Positions 22,746 to 34,299 of a DNA stretch of 34,651 nt are shown piece after piece; within the stretch, counting starts at the first letter, position 1, and each line of letters opens with the position of its first letter. A program made the position numbers and the translations under genes. Source of the stretch: Octopus bimaculoides (taxonomy: Eukaryota); contig NC_068985.1 in the NCBI RefSeq assembly GCF_001194135.2, forward strand, positions 34,648,740-34,683,390. The letters are read 5' to 3'. The notes beneath the pieces are model-generated. The model was given only the letters and a program-made list of their open reading frames with translations, was not told where the DNA came from and did no database searches.

Positions 22746-24058
22746 AGTTTTAAGGTAGATAACCCCGGCTAGACTGTTTGACAACGTTATGTCGAGTTAA
22801 TAGCATTTGTTTTGATTATATGGTCAAAGGGAGACCACTCCAACTCTAACCATTGTGAAAATTCAAATATAAATTTACTATCTAAGGGAAGTAATTCAAG
22901 AAAAAGTTCACGGTATTTTTCTTACACAGCTTCCCAATTCGCACTCATTTATCTAACATTGTATTCACACACACAGCCTCTACATTACCTGGTTTACTTG
23001 GATTAATACATATAGAAAGTGCATACTTGTTTTCAAGTTCAATTGTTGGTAATAATTACTTATAATTGAAAGAATGAATTATGGAAATGAAAAATATATT
23101 CATAAAACTGATTGTCTGCATACCTAAGCATATAAAGGAATATATTTGTATATACGTAAATGTCGAACGATGGAAATGAATGTTCAACACCGCATTGGTT
23201 GATATAATTTCTTTATTTGTGAATTAAGTCTACTATTGATTTGATGTTAAGAAAAGTAGGAAAATATCCTAGTGTCTTAACAATTTTTCAAGCCGATGAC
23301 ATGGAAAAAGGCGTTCGCTTCGTTCACGGGGTTTCTCATGAACTCACATAAAATAAAACAGTGAGTCAATGAATTAAGGGACGTTACTCTTGAGTGGTAT
23401 TTTTTGGATGTTTGTCTCCCTTCTAAGGTAAATTTTTTTTATGATCAATTTGTTTGCATTAATTTGTTTTTGTTTGGGTATGGTGTTCTTATACTTCTAT
23501 GCTGAAGTAGTTCGTCATTGGGGCATATTTCTTCTTTGTGTGAAGTTTGTATGCTATGTGTGTTTGAATTGGGCTGTCCTGGAAGGGTTGCCCTCATGTA
23601 TAGGCACTATTCTTTGAAATATTTGAGTGTAAAATATTGTTTGTGTATGCTGGGAGAAAAGGTTTCATCTCTAATGTTTAGGATGTTATCTGTTGATTGT
23701 ATAATATTTATATATACTTGTATATTTCCATATTTGTACAGCCTCATGCCTATTTCTTTTCCCTAATAAGTGCATTTGCACTCAGCCAACATTTGCATAC
23801 AAACCCATGCACAGAAGCTGTACACTACATAATCATACATCACGCTTCATGCACATGTCTACTCATGGATATACGTTCTTGTTTATTCAGGGTTTACAGA
23901 AGGAAGACTTCTAAAACAAATGCACATAATGCTACTCTTAGAATCCTCCATCTATATACTTATGAAAAACATTAAAATGAAAATATCAATATATACATAG
24001 GCACTCCAATCATCACAAAAATTATAATTTAAAACCTAATCAAGATCATATGCATGCA

Positions 24059-24099
<41 letters not shown>

Positions 24100-24791
24100 G
24101 TGTGTGTGCATGTATGTGTGTGTGCGTGTGTGGAGAGAGATAGAGAGATAGAGAAAGTGAGAGATAGATACATACATACATACATACATGGATAGATAGA
24201 ATGACAGATAGCTAGACTATGTGAAATACTCAGTGTTGGCTGGAATATGTACACAGTTGTTAATGCAGTTAATGTAAAAGCTTCTGAGTACACTATCAGG
24301 ATAAATAATCCACATTACCTTTTTTATATATTTTAGAAAAATTCTTTGTATTTTTGTTCTTTTTCTTTTTCCATTCATGACAGTTTATGAAAGCCGAAAC
24401 ATATATTATAAAGAAATAATCACAACTGAATATTTTGAATCTACCACGCCCTAAATACAAATCATACCACCGAACCCTAAACACTAACCCCAAATTCTAA
24501 ACCCTATCTGTAATCTTCCACTTTGCCCTTAAATGCTCAGTCATAATTCATGGGATCTATTCTTTACTTTTCAGATCATATTCTGCTTTCTAAAACAGAA
24601 CTTTGGAAAACGTTTCTCAGAAACGATTCAATCTTGGAAACACTGCGGTCAGTTATCTTCTTCCAAACAGAGAATTGAGAAATTAAAAAAAAAAAAAAAA
24701 AAAAAATTATGTATTTTAAGAAAAAGAAGTGTTTGTTCCTAAATTATCATAATCTATGATGTTTAAAGCATAGAAATTCAAAGACGTTTTG

Positions 24792-24837
24792 AATACATAC
24801 ATACATACGTATGTACGTACATACATACATACATACA

Positions 24838-24869
<32 letters not shown>

Positions 24870-25004
24870 AATGGATNNNNNNNNNNNNNNNNNNNNNNNN
24901 NNNNNNNNNNNNNNNNNNNNNNNNNNNNNNNNNNNNNNNNNNNNNNNNNNNNNNNNNNAATACATACATACATACGTATGTACGTACATACATACATACA
25001 TACA

Positions 25005-25036
<32 letters not shown>

Positions 25037-25043
25037 AATGGAT
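24792..25043. repeat. (TACA)n array duplicated on both sides of N gap 24877-24958
   Basis: AATACATACATACATACGTATGTACGTAC(ATAC)nATATAAATGGAT occurs before and after the gap. Confidence 0.9.
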
Positions 25044-25193
25044 GAGTGAATTTTCCTTTCTTTACAGTTAACACGGAAAATTAAGGATGTAGCAACCTGT
25101 TCAAAGGCAGAAACTCCGGGTTTAATGTGCAGTAGTTTGTATAGTATAAATAAATAAATGGAGTTAAACGTAGGTGTTATTCAAATTCTTTTA

Positions 25194-25279
25194 CTTCTGA
25201 CATATGTTTCAAAGACAACATTGGTATCATTCCAAAGGAATAAATGGTATAAAATAATGTAATCTTCTCATCAGAGAAA
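25194..25279 (-). ncRNA. Type I hammerhead ribozyme with extended stem II
   Basis: UUUCU-CUGAUGA-GAAGA...UCUUU-GAA-ACAUAUGU-C-AGAAG; intact core, palindromic stem III, GUC triplet. Confidence 0.65.
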
Positions 25280-25816
25280 GAAAGAGAAACATACTCAACA
25301 ATAAGACATTTTAACAAATGTGATGACTGTGTAAATGATGAACAGAACGTTATTAAGTATTTAAAAAAAAACCCGTTAGTAGATATGAGTCAAAGGTAGA
25401 TATGAGTCAAGGATGGTAAATACCAGTTCGTATTCAAGGTACACAGTAGTTGAGGTTCTGTAACAAGAAGTTGTGGCGGCAAGGCAGAGCCGAAGAAAGA
25501 CACATGTCATGTAAGAAGTTGCGGCTTCCATGCTGCGGCCAATTACTTGGTTCTGGAGTTCTGACAGGTTGTACTCGCTGTTAACCATGATGAAGTAAAT
25601 TCACAAACAGTGTTGAGAGAACCTGTGCGGGTGCTGCTGGTTGGTGTGTATGTAGAGAAGTTGATGTAGACGCTAAGAAGCTGGCGGTGGCGACAAAGGA
25701 GTTTGCAGTAAGCTGTTGAACGAAGTGTTGAATCTCCATGAAGCTGTGTCGTGTCATCGATGGAACTGGCTGTATGCTCTGTGGCCAGCAGCTAGATCTT
25801 AGAAGGTCTAAAGCCG

Positions 25817-25926
25817 ACTGACAATCATGCGCAGGAAAACTAGCTATTTATAAGATACTGTCGGCTCAAACAGGGGTTCAGAAAAACTGTTCCACGCAAC
25901 CTTATCTGAAGGCTGCGATTGGTTGG
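25817..25926 (-). promoter_or_regulatory. CCAAT + TATA + Inr-like core promoter arrangement
   Basis: Minus strand CCAAT ~25918-25922, TATAAATAG 25852-25844, TCAGT 25821-25817 (its A is 33 nt after the first T of TATA). Confidence 0.4.
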
Positions 25927-27088
25927 GTTGCATCCTGGCACGAAATAGAACAAGAGACAAAATGCGCCAATACCAACCAATCAGAGTGGTGGACACAACA
26001 GGGTCCAAAAGTGCGGCTCGAGGCTAGCTGTTAACCATTACATCCGCACTCATGTAACAGAGAGAGAGAAGTACGCTACAGACCTCCACTAATGTCAGGA
26101 ACTGGTCAGCCATTTCATAAAGTATATATAAATGCCAACTAAATCCGCAATTTGTGCTGAATCGGAACTTCCCGTCGTGACATCAAATCCGTCGGGTATA
26201 TCCTTACAGACCCACAGCTTGTCAAATTTTATGATAGATTTTTTGGCTGCCAACACAACTTTAATCTCTTCTCTGGTGAGCCTAGCTTTATTGTGAGCGA
26301 GCTAAAGTGCCTTATTAAGTACTATTGGGTTTATGAAGAAATAAAAGCTAGAAATATCGAGCTGGATAAATTTAGTGTTAACCTTATTAGTAATAGAAGT
26401 AAACTAATCAACGACTTGAAAAGAATTAGACCATAAACTAAGTTTTAATTCATTGACTAATGCAGGGATATATTTATCTAAGATGTTTTTACTAAGTATA
26501 CAGATGTCCGAGCCAGAGGGACAGATAAGCCGTAATGATGGGTTATTATAAAAGCTTTGTTTGTGGTCTTTTAAAATAAACCGTGGTTGCTATAGGATCA
26601 AATGGTTCTGTCTTCATTTGTAATCCATACATTTCCATAATTTCTTTAGCCTCAAGGTTAGCTTCTCTAAGTGTATTTTCCCCTGTAATCTTATAGTTTT
26701 TTTGAATATCTTTTTTAAGCAGTTCCAGATAGTAGCTCCTAGTAAGTTTATAGAGGTTTATAGAGTGTTCTTACCGATGTAAACATTGGCAGAAACACGC
26801 CTTTAGCTCATATAGGTAATTTCTACCAATCTATATATTTTGAGTATTTAGTTCTTCTTTCACTCTACTTCCAATAGAGATATCTATTTTCTACCCTTTG
26901 AACATTTATTTAACTCACATATCACTCTATATTTCTCCTTATTGATTTCTTTACTCTTTCTCTTCATATGCGCTACCTTTGACGTCATATCTACTAACGG
27001 GTTTTTTTTATTATTCATTATTTTGTTCATTATTTACACAGTCATCACATTTGTTAAAATGTTTTATTATTGAGTATGTTTTTCTTTC

Positions 27089-27174
27089 TTTCCCTGATGA
27101 GAAGATTACACTATTTTACACCATTTATTCCTTTGGAATAATACCAATGTTGTTTTCAAAACATATGTTGGAAG
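27089..27174 (+). ncRNA. Hammerhead ribozyme, probably inactivated (G12 to A)
   Basis: UUUCC-CUGAUGA-GAAGA...UUUUC-AAA-ACAUAUGU-U-GGAAG; inverted copy of 25194-25279. Confidence 0.55.
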
Positions 27175-27499
27175 TAAAAGAATTTGAATAACACCTGCGC
27201 TTCACTCCATTTATTCATATATATATATAAACAAAAAGTTAAATTCTGGTCATAGAGTTACCAATCGTTTTGTATAAATGAAAGTTACAGCCATGTGGAC
27301 AGCTCATCAGACTCTACACAATGACAAAATTTAACTTTCTACCTAGGATAATGAGGTTTAAATGCTAACTTTTAGAACCATAATGAGGATGGGTTATCTC
27401 CCCTGGACACATACACTTATGATAGACTCTTAAATGATTCTAATACAAAAAAACAGACATCCTTCCCCATACACTTATAATAACATTAACGGTGAAGCT

Positions 27500-27770
27500 A
27501 AACAGATAGCAATTAGCCTATGCACAGAGACAGAGTAGAGATCTTGGCCAAGAGAAATGCCTTTATCACTTTAAAAAGCTACAAGCTGAACTTTGCCTCT
27601 AAACCTAAATGCTGCCTGTTCAACCTGGCCAAGTCTGAGATTGTCCAGGTGAGTAAGTATATACTGACACAGCACCAATGAGGTGACCTTATGGTTTATT
27701 GCCAGCCAGGGGAGAGGCAAGGCTAGGTTTACACAGTTCGACATTGTCAACTTTTATCCATCAATTTGAA
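27500..27770 (+). mobile_element. Penelope-like RT fragment
   Basis: RVEILAKRNAFITLKSYKLNFASKPKC...KSEIVQVS...KARFTQFDIVNFYPSI. Confidence 0.75.
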
Positions 27771-27774
27771 AAGT

Positions 27775-28617
27775 GTTGAAACATGGACCTATTATGAAAG
27801 ACAATCTCAAATTATTTGAATGATTCCACCAAAAATGCCTTCACAGCATTTTAAACATTAAACAGGACTTTTTTTTTATTCCAGACACAGATATCCTTGC
27901 ATCTGCAGGTATCACTACACTTAAATCAATGATTCTGAAAACAAAATGTGGTGGTCTGGCCTCATTGTTTGAATAATGGATGAACACACACACAAACAGC
28001 TGTTTTATGGTGAACTTGCAGAAGGGAAAAGTAATCAGTGTACACCTAAAAATAGGTTTAAGGACTGTATAGGAACTGGCATGAAATCAGTTGGAATGGG
28101 TCCAAAGGCCATAGAAACCCTTGCTTCGGATTGAGCTGGATGGCGAACAAAAGTGGAGTGAAAGCTTTTGAAGAAACCAGGATGACCCATGCAAAACTCA
28201 AAAGAAATTTAAAGAAAAATGTTATGATCAATGAGAAAACAAGTCTCAACAATCATTTTGTGTGCACAATTTGTGACAAACCATGCTTTCTTTTACTGGA
28301 CTCAAATCTAATTTATGGACCCATGAAAAGCAAACCTCCAATAACTACTCTGCCTATATATCTGTGCACACCTGTCAATGTGGTGGCTGTGTATGCTATA
28401 AGGTCTGAAAATTTAATGGAGGCCTCAAAAGATATTTTAAGATCTACAAAGGTCAGAACTTAACTGCAGCTCTTAGTGGTTCAAACCAGATATGCAATTT
28501 ATGTGGGTGTCTTTTCAAAACATTGTCTGATTTGAAAAGCCACATCAGACACCATGATAAATCTGAGGTGTAAGTACAAGAAGTGGTCAGATTCTGCATA
28601 AGGAGTAGACAACCACC

Positions 28618-28620
<3 letters not shown>
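27775..28620 (+). mobile_element. RTE-clade (BovB-like) LINE 3' fragment with C-terminal C2H2 zinc fingers
   Basis: ETWTYY...FHQKCLHSILNI...KQLFYGELAEGK...RFKDC...GVKAFEETR...FVCTICDKPC...CNLCGCLFKTLSDLKSHIRHH*; followed by (TATG)n tail 28620-28745. Confidence 0.85.
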
Positions 28621-28648
<28 letters not shown>

Positions 28649-28666
28649 TGTATGTATGTATGTATG

Positions 28667-28699
<33 letters not shown>

Positions 28700-28799
28700 G
28701 TGTGTGTGTGTGTATGTGTGTATGTATGTATGTATACACACACGCATATGACTACAAAGAAAGAAAAGAAGGGTGCCTACAAATTTGAATGATGTTTAT

Positions 28800-30530
28800 T
28801 GACAGAAAGATTCAAGAACTACTGAAGACCAAGGGCAAACAAAATGATGCGAGTGAGTGCCAGAGAGGAGCAATTTAAGGAAAGATTCTATTACGGTAAA
28901 AGAACATATAAGTAACAGGGAACACAACAGAGAAACAATGTACCAGGAAAGGAAAGTACAAAGCATTATTAAAAGTTTTGAGAAAGGGATGTAGGCCAAA
29001 AAGTTCATCAAAGCAATGACCCTGGAAATACAGAACAGACACAATGAAGATACATTTTGACAATGAACCAAAAACTCCAGCCTAGTAGGAGGAAGAGGAC
29101 TCACCTTTGCTACAATTTAATTCTGAATTCGATAAAGCAAGTTAAGACAATAAGATGCAGCTCCAACCAAAAGGTGACAGCAACTTTCAATGCAAGATCA
29201 AATGGTGGGTTTATAGAAACACAAGACAGTCTTGGCATTAGGACGCTGTGAGTATGAAAAAGAAAATCAACCTCCTGGTAACTGACCTAGCAATGAACTA
29301 AACATTTTTGTTCAAAGAAAGATCCCTAGTCAAATTCAAACCAAGATACTTTGGCATTCTGGAAGATTATCCCTGCCCATAGCAGTGGAGGAAAGGAATG
29401 ACTGCCTATAACAATTCGCTGATTAAGCATTAAGAGTCATAATCAGTTAACCTTATCTCACAACCGTGCAGAGATGCTCCTCAAGAAAGCACTTTGCTCA
29501 AGGCAGCCAGTTTTATCATGGCAAGAACAAAGAGTGGTGTCATCAGTATAGAAAATTTGTTTAGAAATGATATAATCTGGAAAATCACTCAGGAAAAAGA
29601 GGACCAAGAGTAGAACCTAGTGCAGAGCCTTGAGTTACTCTTGCATTGATAGCATTTGACTTTGATACTGGCCATCAAGATCTACTTTGATTCTGTGATT
29701 TGAAACAAACTACTTTATGATGTTAAGGAAAGGTTCAAACAGGTCATAACTGCTGAACTTATGGAATCAGCCCAGTGTGCTACATTGTCAAAAATCTTAG
29801 AGATATTAATATCAACGACCCAGCAGAAGATTTAAGTGAACAATAGAAATGTGCATATATGACAGTTATAATGTCAGTAGTAGACCTAGATGCATGGAAG
29901 CCATATTGAAAATTAGAAAAAAGACTGTAAGTGTCAAAATATCAAACCAAAGTCATATTAATAATACAGGGTGTCCACAAAGTCTGGGTACATGGGGATT
30001 AACACATACTCTGAGAAATTATTATTTCTTATATTTAATTGTTTATGTTATGATTTTATTTACTCCATGTGCCCAGACCTTGTGGACACCCTGTAGATTC
30101 AAAAGCTTTATTAATTACAGGTAGAAGAATTATAGGATGATAATTGAGTGGGTCAGATCTTGCCCCACCATTCTTAAACACAAGAATAGCATACAACAGT
30201 TTCTGAGAAGACTCAAAGAGAAGTTTGCTAATCCTAACAATGCTGGTAAGCAATAAATTGTCCCTGAAAAACTGAAAGAGGACTACAACATCAATATGTA
30301 AATTCTCTAATCTTGTGCCTGGTGAAGCAAAAGTATCCAAAATTGACTTAATATGATAACTTTGTGACAAGTGATCAAATTCTTGAGTGGTTTGGTTGAT
30401 ACTAGATCAAATAAAATGAGCAGATACAAATCTGTATGTTGCATTAGTGCCAAGGTGAAATAAGTAGTACTCTCAAGGTTCTTTCCCAGAATCTGTCGTA
30501 TATTTAAAATACATTCCAAAATATTGCTCT
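28800..30530 (-). mobile_element. CR1/Jockey-group LINE reverse transcriptase, degraded
   Basis: LVFKNGGARSDPLNYHPIILLPVINKAFES|IIN...QYGFHASRSTTD...ISKIFDNV*HTGL...VTQGS...YTDDTTL...YFQGHCFDEL. Confidence 0.85.
29967..30093. mobile_element. Tc1/mariner-type MITE inserted in the LINE
   Basis: TA-CAGGGTGTCCACAAAGTCTGGGTACATGG ... CCATGTGCCCAGACCTTGTGGACACCCTG-TA; removing it restores the KAFES-IIN frame. Confidence 0.9.
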
Positions 30531-30832
30531 ATTCCTTCAATGCCATTTCATGAATCAACAACTCATTCACTCTTTCTAAATCAACAGCTAAGTTATTATT
30601 ACTTTTATTCAAATGTGATTAAGTTAATGAATCTAGAATTCCCCCATTTCTTTCAATATCTAGTTGCCAAGGCCATATGCAATTTCATTTCATTTCAATT
30701 TCAGCCAGACCCCTCACATTGCTTATGTGATAAATTTAACAATTAAAATGTATATGTATATTAATTTAGCATTAAAATATCAATGATCAGAATAATAATT
30801 ATTATTAAATACTATGGCTTTTCCTCTGAGCC

Positions 30833-31130
30833 AGACTAGTGCAAATGTACTGAGAGAAAAGTTAGGCATAAGAAGAATCAAATGTAACATGCTACAGAGA
30901 AGACTACACTGGTTTGGACATGTGATGAGTATGAATGAGGACATCTGCATAAAGAGGTGCTGGTCACTGAAAATGGATGGTACCTGCGGAAGAGGGAGAC
31001 CCAGAAAGATGTGGGATGAAGTGGTAAGGATCGATCTCAGGAAGTTGGGCCTCACAGAGAAAATTACAATGGACTGAGGTACCTGGTGATATGAAGTTCT
31101 TCAGAAGACCCACCCGCATGAAACTAAGTT
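30833..31130 (+). mobile_element. RTE-clade LINE, 3' ORF fragment
   Basis: LREKLGIRRIKCNMLQRRLHWFGHVMSMNEDICIKRCWSLKMDGTCGRGRPRKMWDEVVRIDLRKLGL. Confidence 0.9.
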
Positions 31131-32140
31131 CTAGGACTGTGTGTCTCATCCACACTTAAGAAAACTTCTCACATACTCTGCCACAACAAACCAAACTATG
31201 TCTCTACATCTCCTCTTCTTCACATTTCCATTTCATGTACTCTGATTACCTCTCACTCCCCAATTCTGTCCTTTGGCCCTGTGTCACTGTATCATTGCTT
31301 TCCACTTGCTCACGACTTGTGTGTTCTACCTACATGCCCTGTCTCACTCTACTATCTCTCTGCTAGCCCCCCCCTCCGATTTGTGTGTTCCACCCACACC
31401 TAACTCCTTCATACACTATGCCTAGCTCTCACTCCACTATCCTGTCCTCACACCCCTGTTCCTCTACATCATTGCTATCCAGTAGCGCTCCCACTCCAGA
31501 TATACCCACGTCTTTCCCCACTTACTTGCACTCTTTAATCACATTCCCTTCACAATATCCTGCCACTTATACTATGTCATTTGAACCTCAAGGGTATACG
31601 CTGGCATTTACCACCATCTCTCTCCTTCTCTCTCTCTCTCTCTCTCTCATATATTGGATCATTAGTAATATATTTAACAGAAAAGGTGTTTATCTATATG
31701 TCCTGTTATGCATGCTCAGTGATATACATTAACTGATTATAGCATTTTCCAGACCAGAGTACATGTTTATGCACATGCTTGAAGACAAAAGTTTCTGTCA
31801 ATGATATTTAAAATTTTTACTTTGCCTATCAATCCTATGATCTATTCATACACTTTGATTTGCTTTTGTGATATAAGACATCTAAAAATATTTATTGCAT
31901 AGTGTTTTACAGTCCATTTCTTTAATACTAATAATATTTTGCTTTTATCGTTTCTCCATTTTAACTACTAGGAGTGAGATTTTTCGTGCTATCCGCATTT
32001 TAAAAAATATATCTTAGCTGAAATTAAGACACATCCATCTAATATTGATGTAATTTTTTGAGACTAATACAGAATTGCACCTCTCCTTGAAAAATGCATT
32101 TTTCCAGGAGAGGTGCAATTCTGCATTAGCCCCATTTTTT

Positions 32141-32449
32141 NNNNNNNNNNNNNNNNNNNNNNNNNNNNNNNNNNNNNNNNNNNNNNNNNNNNNNNNNNNN
32201 NNNNNNNNNNNNNNNNNNNNNNNNNNNNNNNNNNNNNNNNNNNNNNNNNNNNNNNNNNNNNNNNNNNNNNNNNNNNNNNNNNNNNNNNNNNNNNNNNNNN
32301 NNNNNNNNNNNNNNNNNNNNNNNNNNNNNNNNNNNNNNNNNNNNNNNNNNNNNNNNNNNNNNNNNNNNNNNNNNNNNNNNNNNNNNNNNNNNNNNNNNNN
32401 NNNNNNNNNNNNNNNNNNNNNNNNNNNNNNNNNNNNNNNNNNNNNNNNN
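32141..32449. other. Assembly gap
   Basis: N bases. Confidence 1.
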
Positions 32450-33018
32450 CAGTTACTGTGCACCAGGTCCACTGGAGAGGCAGGTTGAAATTTGAGAAAT
32501 TTAATATTTGGGGGAAGGAGAGGTTGAGGTGGGGAGTTTAAATTTGGGAATGGTGGTTTTAAAAACAAAAATTTCGAAAAAAGTTCAAAATTTAAAATTA
32601 GGGCAGAGTGGGGCAGAGTGGGGCAGCAGGGGTGAAATATGAAAACATGTTTTCTTCTTGAATATTCGTAATCTCTGACATCTAAAATGTAAGAATCCCT
32701 AAAAAATCTTTTTTAAAAAATGCATTTTTCCAGGAGAGGTGCAATTCTGCATTAGCCCCATTTTTTTTGATATATGGTTTTTTTGAATGTTGAAGTTGAT
32801 CTGATATGTAGTTCATCCATGAAACCTTGGGTTGCTATTTTTCACAAGGGTTTTTGTGGTTTGTATATATTACATGTATGGATATATGTATATATAGCAA
32901 TTGCAACTTCGAAGATATTTGTTAGCCATTCAAGGAAAACAAAAAAAAACCTTTAGATTCACTTCAACATTTAATTTTCAACAACAATTGCAGTGTGGAA
33001 GATGTTTGTAAGCCATTT

Positions 33019-33407
33019 GGTTGATTGGCACTCAGTCGCTTATGACGTCGAGGGTTCCAGTTGATCCAATCAATGGAACAGCCTGATTGTGAAATTAACG
33101 TGCAAGTGGCTGAGCACTCCACAGACACGTGTACCCTTGACGTAGTTCTCGGGGTAGATTCAGCTTGACACAGAGTGTGACAAGGCAAGCCCTTTGAAAT
33201 ACAGGTACAACAGAAACAAGAAGATAGAGTAAGAGAAAGTTGTGGCAAAAGAGTACAGCTGGGTTCGCCACCACCCCCTGCCGGAGCCTCGTAGAGCTTT
33301 AGGTGTTTTCGCTCAATAAACACTCACAACACCTGGTCTGGGAATCAAAACCGCGATCCTATGACTGCAAGTCCGCTGCCCTAACCACTGGACCATTGTG
33401 CCTCCAC
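33019..33407 (-). mobile_element. tRNA-derived SINE (family 4) with 12-bp TSD
   Basis: Minus-strand tRNA-like head GTGGAGGCACAATGGTCCAGTGGTTAGGGCAGCGGAC...GATTCCC; TSD TGTAAGCCATTT at 33007-33018 and 33408-33419. Confidence 0.9.
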
Positions 33408-34299
33408 TGTAAGCCATTTAAGAACACACAAAAGACTGTTAGATTCACTTCAACATTTAAATTTGATTTGTGTCTAAATATTTTTGCTGCTCTGAAACCG
33501 CAACCTGACAAAATTTTGTACTGCATCTGCAGATGCTACATGGTTCATGTGGAAGAGATAAACTCAAAGCAACATGTATGGTTGATGGAAAATGTAAAAA
33601 AACATTTCTCTAAAGACTTTCAGGAAAATACATTCACAGTTATAATGGCTATTCACTTTACCAACGTCGAAATAATGGTTTCATATTTACAAAGTCCAAT
33701 GTTGAATTAGATAATCATTCAGTAGTACCATATTCCCCCTTCTTTTTAGTCAAATAAGGAGGTCATTGTAATGTAGAGATATGTGCATCTGTAAAATCAG
33801 TTAAATATGTTAGCAAATAAATTCATAAAGGTCATGAGCGGGTGACAGTCAATATTAGTGGACAACCCAATGCATGACAAACACACAATGAAACTGAGTT
33901 TAGCACATGATGACCGTGAATACTATCGGACTATGGAGTTTGCAAATATTTCTTCTACTCCATATCAGATACAAAGACCTTTCTGCTCCATTCTTAATTA
34001 CTGTATTCTATATGTATACTTATTCATATATATTACACAAATATATAATACAATGTAAAACACACGATCTTAAAGACATGTTTGCACTAGTATATATATA
34101 TAACTTTACGATGAAAGTAAACAAACAAAGTTTGTTTTTAGAAGCGTTAAGATGTATTGTAAGATACAGGAATAAATTTATTTCTCAAATGCGTGATAAT
34201 GTTATAAATAGCGTGATCAGGATAAATTATCCATACATTGCAGAAAAATACGTTACCGGACAGCCATGAGACAATATATGGATAATTTATCCTGATCAC

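Larger units (their letters stand above)
25130..27220 (-). mobile_element. Penelope-like element with inverted pseudo-LTRs and truncated RT
   Basis: ~25150-25395 and ~26980-27220 are inverted repeats; minus-strand RT 26830-26073: KDHKQSFYNNPSLRLICPSGSDI...FIQLDISSFY...DGFDVTTGSSDSAQIADLVGIYIL...GGL*R. Confidence 0.85.

Noticed and set aside
23420-23770. Possible L1/Tx1 RT remnant on the minus strand
   Set aside because: Only a faint GIRHGC-like similarity across frameshifts; not supportable
24792-25043. Apparent tandem duplication of an ~85-bp unit
   Set aside because: Identical sequence on both sides of an N gap indicates unmerged overlapping contig ends
50-25074. Many ORF-track entries rich in YI, HT, MYVC or X
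   Set aside because: Translations of (TA)n, (CA)n and (TATG)n microsatellites or N gaps; not genes
31200-31650. 115-aa Ser/Pro/Thr-rich ORF (31385-31732)
   Set aside because: Pyrimidine-rich low-complexity sequence following a LINE end
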